A program made the position numbers and the translations under genes. Of a stretch of 64,000 nucleotides of DNA, positions 61,371 through 64,000 are shown one piece after another (position 1 is the stretch's first letter; every line of letters starts with the position of its first letter). The stretch lies in NCBI RefSeq assembly GCF_964204645.1, contig NC_134034.1, forward strand, positions 1,922,072-1,986,071, read 5' to 3'. The notes below the pieces were generated by a model. It saw nothing but the letters and a program-made list of their open reading frames with translations. It was not told where the DNA came from and did not search any database. Source of the DNA: Tubulanus polymorphus. Its lineage: Eukaryota > Animalia > Nemertea.

Positions 61371-62027
61371 CTCGCAACTGGCAATGTCGTTTCAGGGCTT
61401 CCATACTATACGCAATAAAAAAAATTTGTATTCGAATTTATCTACCGTACCGCCATCTATCGTATAGAAAAAGAACCAATTGTGAAGCACTGCGCTGCTA
61501 CATACACGAATCCAGTACAGAAATTCGCTGCAGGCAGCCAGTTTCTACTGCCGTTTAGGATTTCACCAGGTTTTCGACGAAAGACCGCAGTCATAAAAAA
61601 TCTTCTTCATAATAAACAACCAGGGCCCATAAACATAGGGCTGACTGCACGTTAGTACGGGACTTAGTTTGTGTTACGAGCGTGAATAGACTCAATTGAC
61701 CTGGCGTATAGTGAATTCCCTCAGTACCCACCCACGATCATTCGACTGTGACCATGTGAAATCTGAGCCCACAAATCGCGTCAATGTATTACGACATAGG
61801 CTACTGAATGAAACATAATGTGATTCATACCTTACACAGCCAAATCTCCAATCGTTAACCACAAATTGCAAACCAACCCGTGTGAACAGTTGTTCCGGGC
61901 CAAAAATGCTTGTGTGATTGCGGCTATTGAAGAACTTGAAATGAAAAACATAATTTTAGTTTTTTGATCATCGATCAAAATTATGTTCTATCAATTCTCA
62001 CAAATTACATGATGTGGAATCGGTAGT

Positions 62028-62222
62028 TTATCCAGTTCTGCGTGGTCCGAAGTTGTATTTTGGAGGTTTAGCTACATGGTAGTCGAATCTAATACGACGG
62101 CGAGCGAGATCATGAGCGAGTTCTTCTTCGCTTGAATCATCAATCGCGTCTTTAGCGTTCACCAACGACCACAAACAGATCACTAACAGCATGAACGGAA
62201 GTAAACTTCTCAACATTTTCAT
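62028..62222 (-). CDS. Orphan small secreted prepropeptide (64 aa): signal peptide, acidic propeptide, RRR site, cationic mature peptide ending in Gly
   Basis: MKMLRSLLPFMLLVICLWSLVNA / KDAIDDSSEEELAHDLARRR / IRFDYHVAKPPKYNFGPRRTG-stop. Acceptor ttttcaatttgtag at 62234-62235, 11 nt before ATG; upstream donor AG|GTAAG at 62645; TATAAA at 62702-62697. Confidence 0.75.
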   Translation of the reverse strand: MKMLRSLLPFMLLVICLWSLVNAKDAIDDSSEEELAHDLARRRIRFDYHVAKPPKYNFGPRRTG

Positions 62223-62645
62223 CAGCGTTGACGCTACAAATTGAAAATTTATGTTTTAATATTATCATCGTTATAATTATCTAACTTTGCCGATAGAGAG
62301 AATCCTGATTTCATTTGTGCAATTAATTTTAAGAGTCTACAGTTTAATCATGATTAAAACTCACCCATCATTTTAATAGTTGTTTTGGTGACAAATCACA
62401 GATTTATACGAGCGATTTATAAACCTAAAATAAAGACAAATACATCGGTGATATTTTGGACTGATTTTTAGCAGTCATCACCGAATATTCAATACATCTC
62501 TAATTGATCGTCAAGAACCTACATCTGATTCTAGTTAAACTTAACAGAAATAAACGCATTCAATTTCTACAATTAGAATCGAGTTTTGATGATTTAATCT
62601 GATCAATGTTGACTCGATGATTCAACAGCATCAAAATGAACTTAC

Positions 62646-62702
62646 CTTCGAATACGAACGATTCCAAGTTGATGAAATGTTGATGAAACTGATTGGTTTA
62701 TA
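62646..62702 (-). promoter_or_regulatory. TATA box and short non-coding first exon of the peptide gene
   Basis: TATAAA on the minus strand (62702-62697) about 50 nt upstream of a consensus GTAAGT donor (62645). Confidence 0.55.
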
Positions 62703-62791
62703 TTGACTGCGTCTGCGCCACCTGCCTCTCATCTCACACTGTCAATCATTGTCAGAAATTGACAAACCAGAAATTGACAATTGATTCAATA

Positions 62792-63055
62792 GTTGGCAAA
62801 TCTGGTTTATGATTTCAAATTCAAACTCTGCAGGAAATTTTGGATGCGTGCGAAAAATTCATTCAACCAAAAATAGAAATAAAAGATTTCTCGATCTACA
62901 ATCTTTAGACCCTGCCCCCCCTCGTCTGTCCCCTCACAGACACCGCCATACTCTCAGGCCTCTATTCGTTCTGTTTACAGTCGAATGGATTTTTTGCACG
63001 CATCCAAAATTTCCTGCAGAGTTTGAATTTGAAATCATAAACCAGATTTGCCAAC
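62792..63055. mobile_element. Foldback MITE with about 75-bp arms
   Basis: GTTGGCAAATCTGGTTTATGATTTCAAATTC...GAATTTGAAATCATAAACCAGATTTGCCAAC. Confidence 0.8.
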
Positions 63056-63325
63056 ATCTGACATTTCTGGTGGGCTATGTCTGTGCGAATCTGACATTTC
63101 TGGCTGTCTGGCGGGCTATGTCTGTGCGAATTTGACATTTCGGGCTCTCTGGCGGGCTACGTCTGTGCGAATTTGACATTTCCGGCTGTCTGGCGGGCTA
63201 TTTCTGTGCGAATTTGACATTTCGGGCTGTCTGGCGGGCTATTTCTGTGCGAATCTGACATTTCGGGCTGTCTGGTGGGCTATTTCTGTGCGAATCTGAC
63301 ATTTCTGGCTGTCTGGCGGGCTATG
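63056..63325. repeat. About 40-41 bp minisatellite, about 7 copies
   Basis: TGACATTTCKGGCTGTCTGGCGGGCTATKTCTGTGCGAAT tandem. Confidence 0.92.
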
Positions 63326-64000
63326 GCGAGACGAATCTGAGCGTCTCATCTCTAGTTTTAATGCTTTAAATTCCGAAACTCCTGTGTTTTATTCCTGCAA
63401 TCTTTTTTTCAACCGAAAAAAAAACAATCCCACCAACTGGTCTGTCGACAAGCTTAGATGCGATTATATCAACAGCACAAAACCATACGTTCCGACACTG
63501 GGCCCGTTGACGGTTGTTGACGCTCAACTCGCAACTGGCAACTACTAAACTGTTTTTAAATAATCCATTTAGCAGGGTATCTAATTGTTGTGTAAGAATA
63601 AAACGACAAACATGTTCGTCATGTAAAAACTTTTCAATTGTTTAATTACGTGTATTGCAACTATATGTATTTTCACTGTGGTGCTCATCAATGGTTCATG
63701 AAATACTATTTTCATTAAGGCCCTTATATGGATTAAAGTTTACAATTCTTTGTGTATTTTTGTCAATTTCCTATTGATGCAAATTGTATAAATCAGCTGT
63801 ATTGGAAATGTATCGTAGATAAAGACTTCGAAATACCTTACATGTTACGAGTTTTACTAAAACAAAGCACTGCTAAAAACGAAGACTATATGCACCCGAG
63901 AAAACCAACCAACGCTTCACTGGCATACGTGAAAGAGCTAAATCTTTCGAAACTAAATGTAAATAACTAAATTGATAAATAAGGGACGCATTCCGATGAA

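Overview
AT-rich, intron-rich animal (invertebrate bilaterian-like) genomic DNA; not prokaryotic, and most short ORFs in the supplied track are repeat or antisense artefacts. Manual splicing gives seven conserved multi-exon genes: PIP4K2 (-, 12087-2341), ZDHHC12 (-, 15890-13573), ODR4 (+, 16280-21689), COQ10 (-, 37019-27699), MFSD12 (-, 33932-30386, nested on the same strand inside COQ10 intron 2), LAGE3/PCC1 (-, 39317-37848, absent from the ORF track) and ARL5 (+, 40011-44930). An orphan gene for a 64-aa secreted prepropeptide lies at 62222-62028 (-). Two introns (ODR4 intron 3, LAGE3 intron 1) carry U12-type signals. Introns are full of minisatellites, including three dispersed families that all have 78-79 bp units, CTCF-like motifs near splice sites, and piggyBac-, Harbinger-, Tc1/mariner- and P/hAT-like MITEs, a tRNA-derived SINE and foldbacks. 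Several 20-43 bp CA..TG mini-palindromes with 7-bp flanking duplications resemble P-element excision footprints. 49-64 kb is gene-poor with degraded local duplications. All calls were made by eye; no database search was run.
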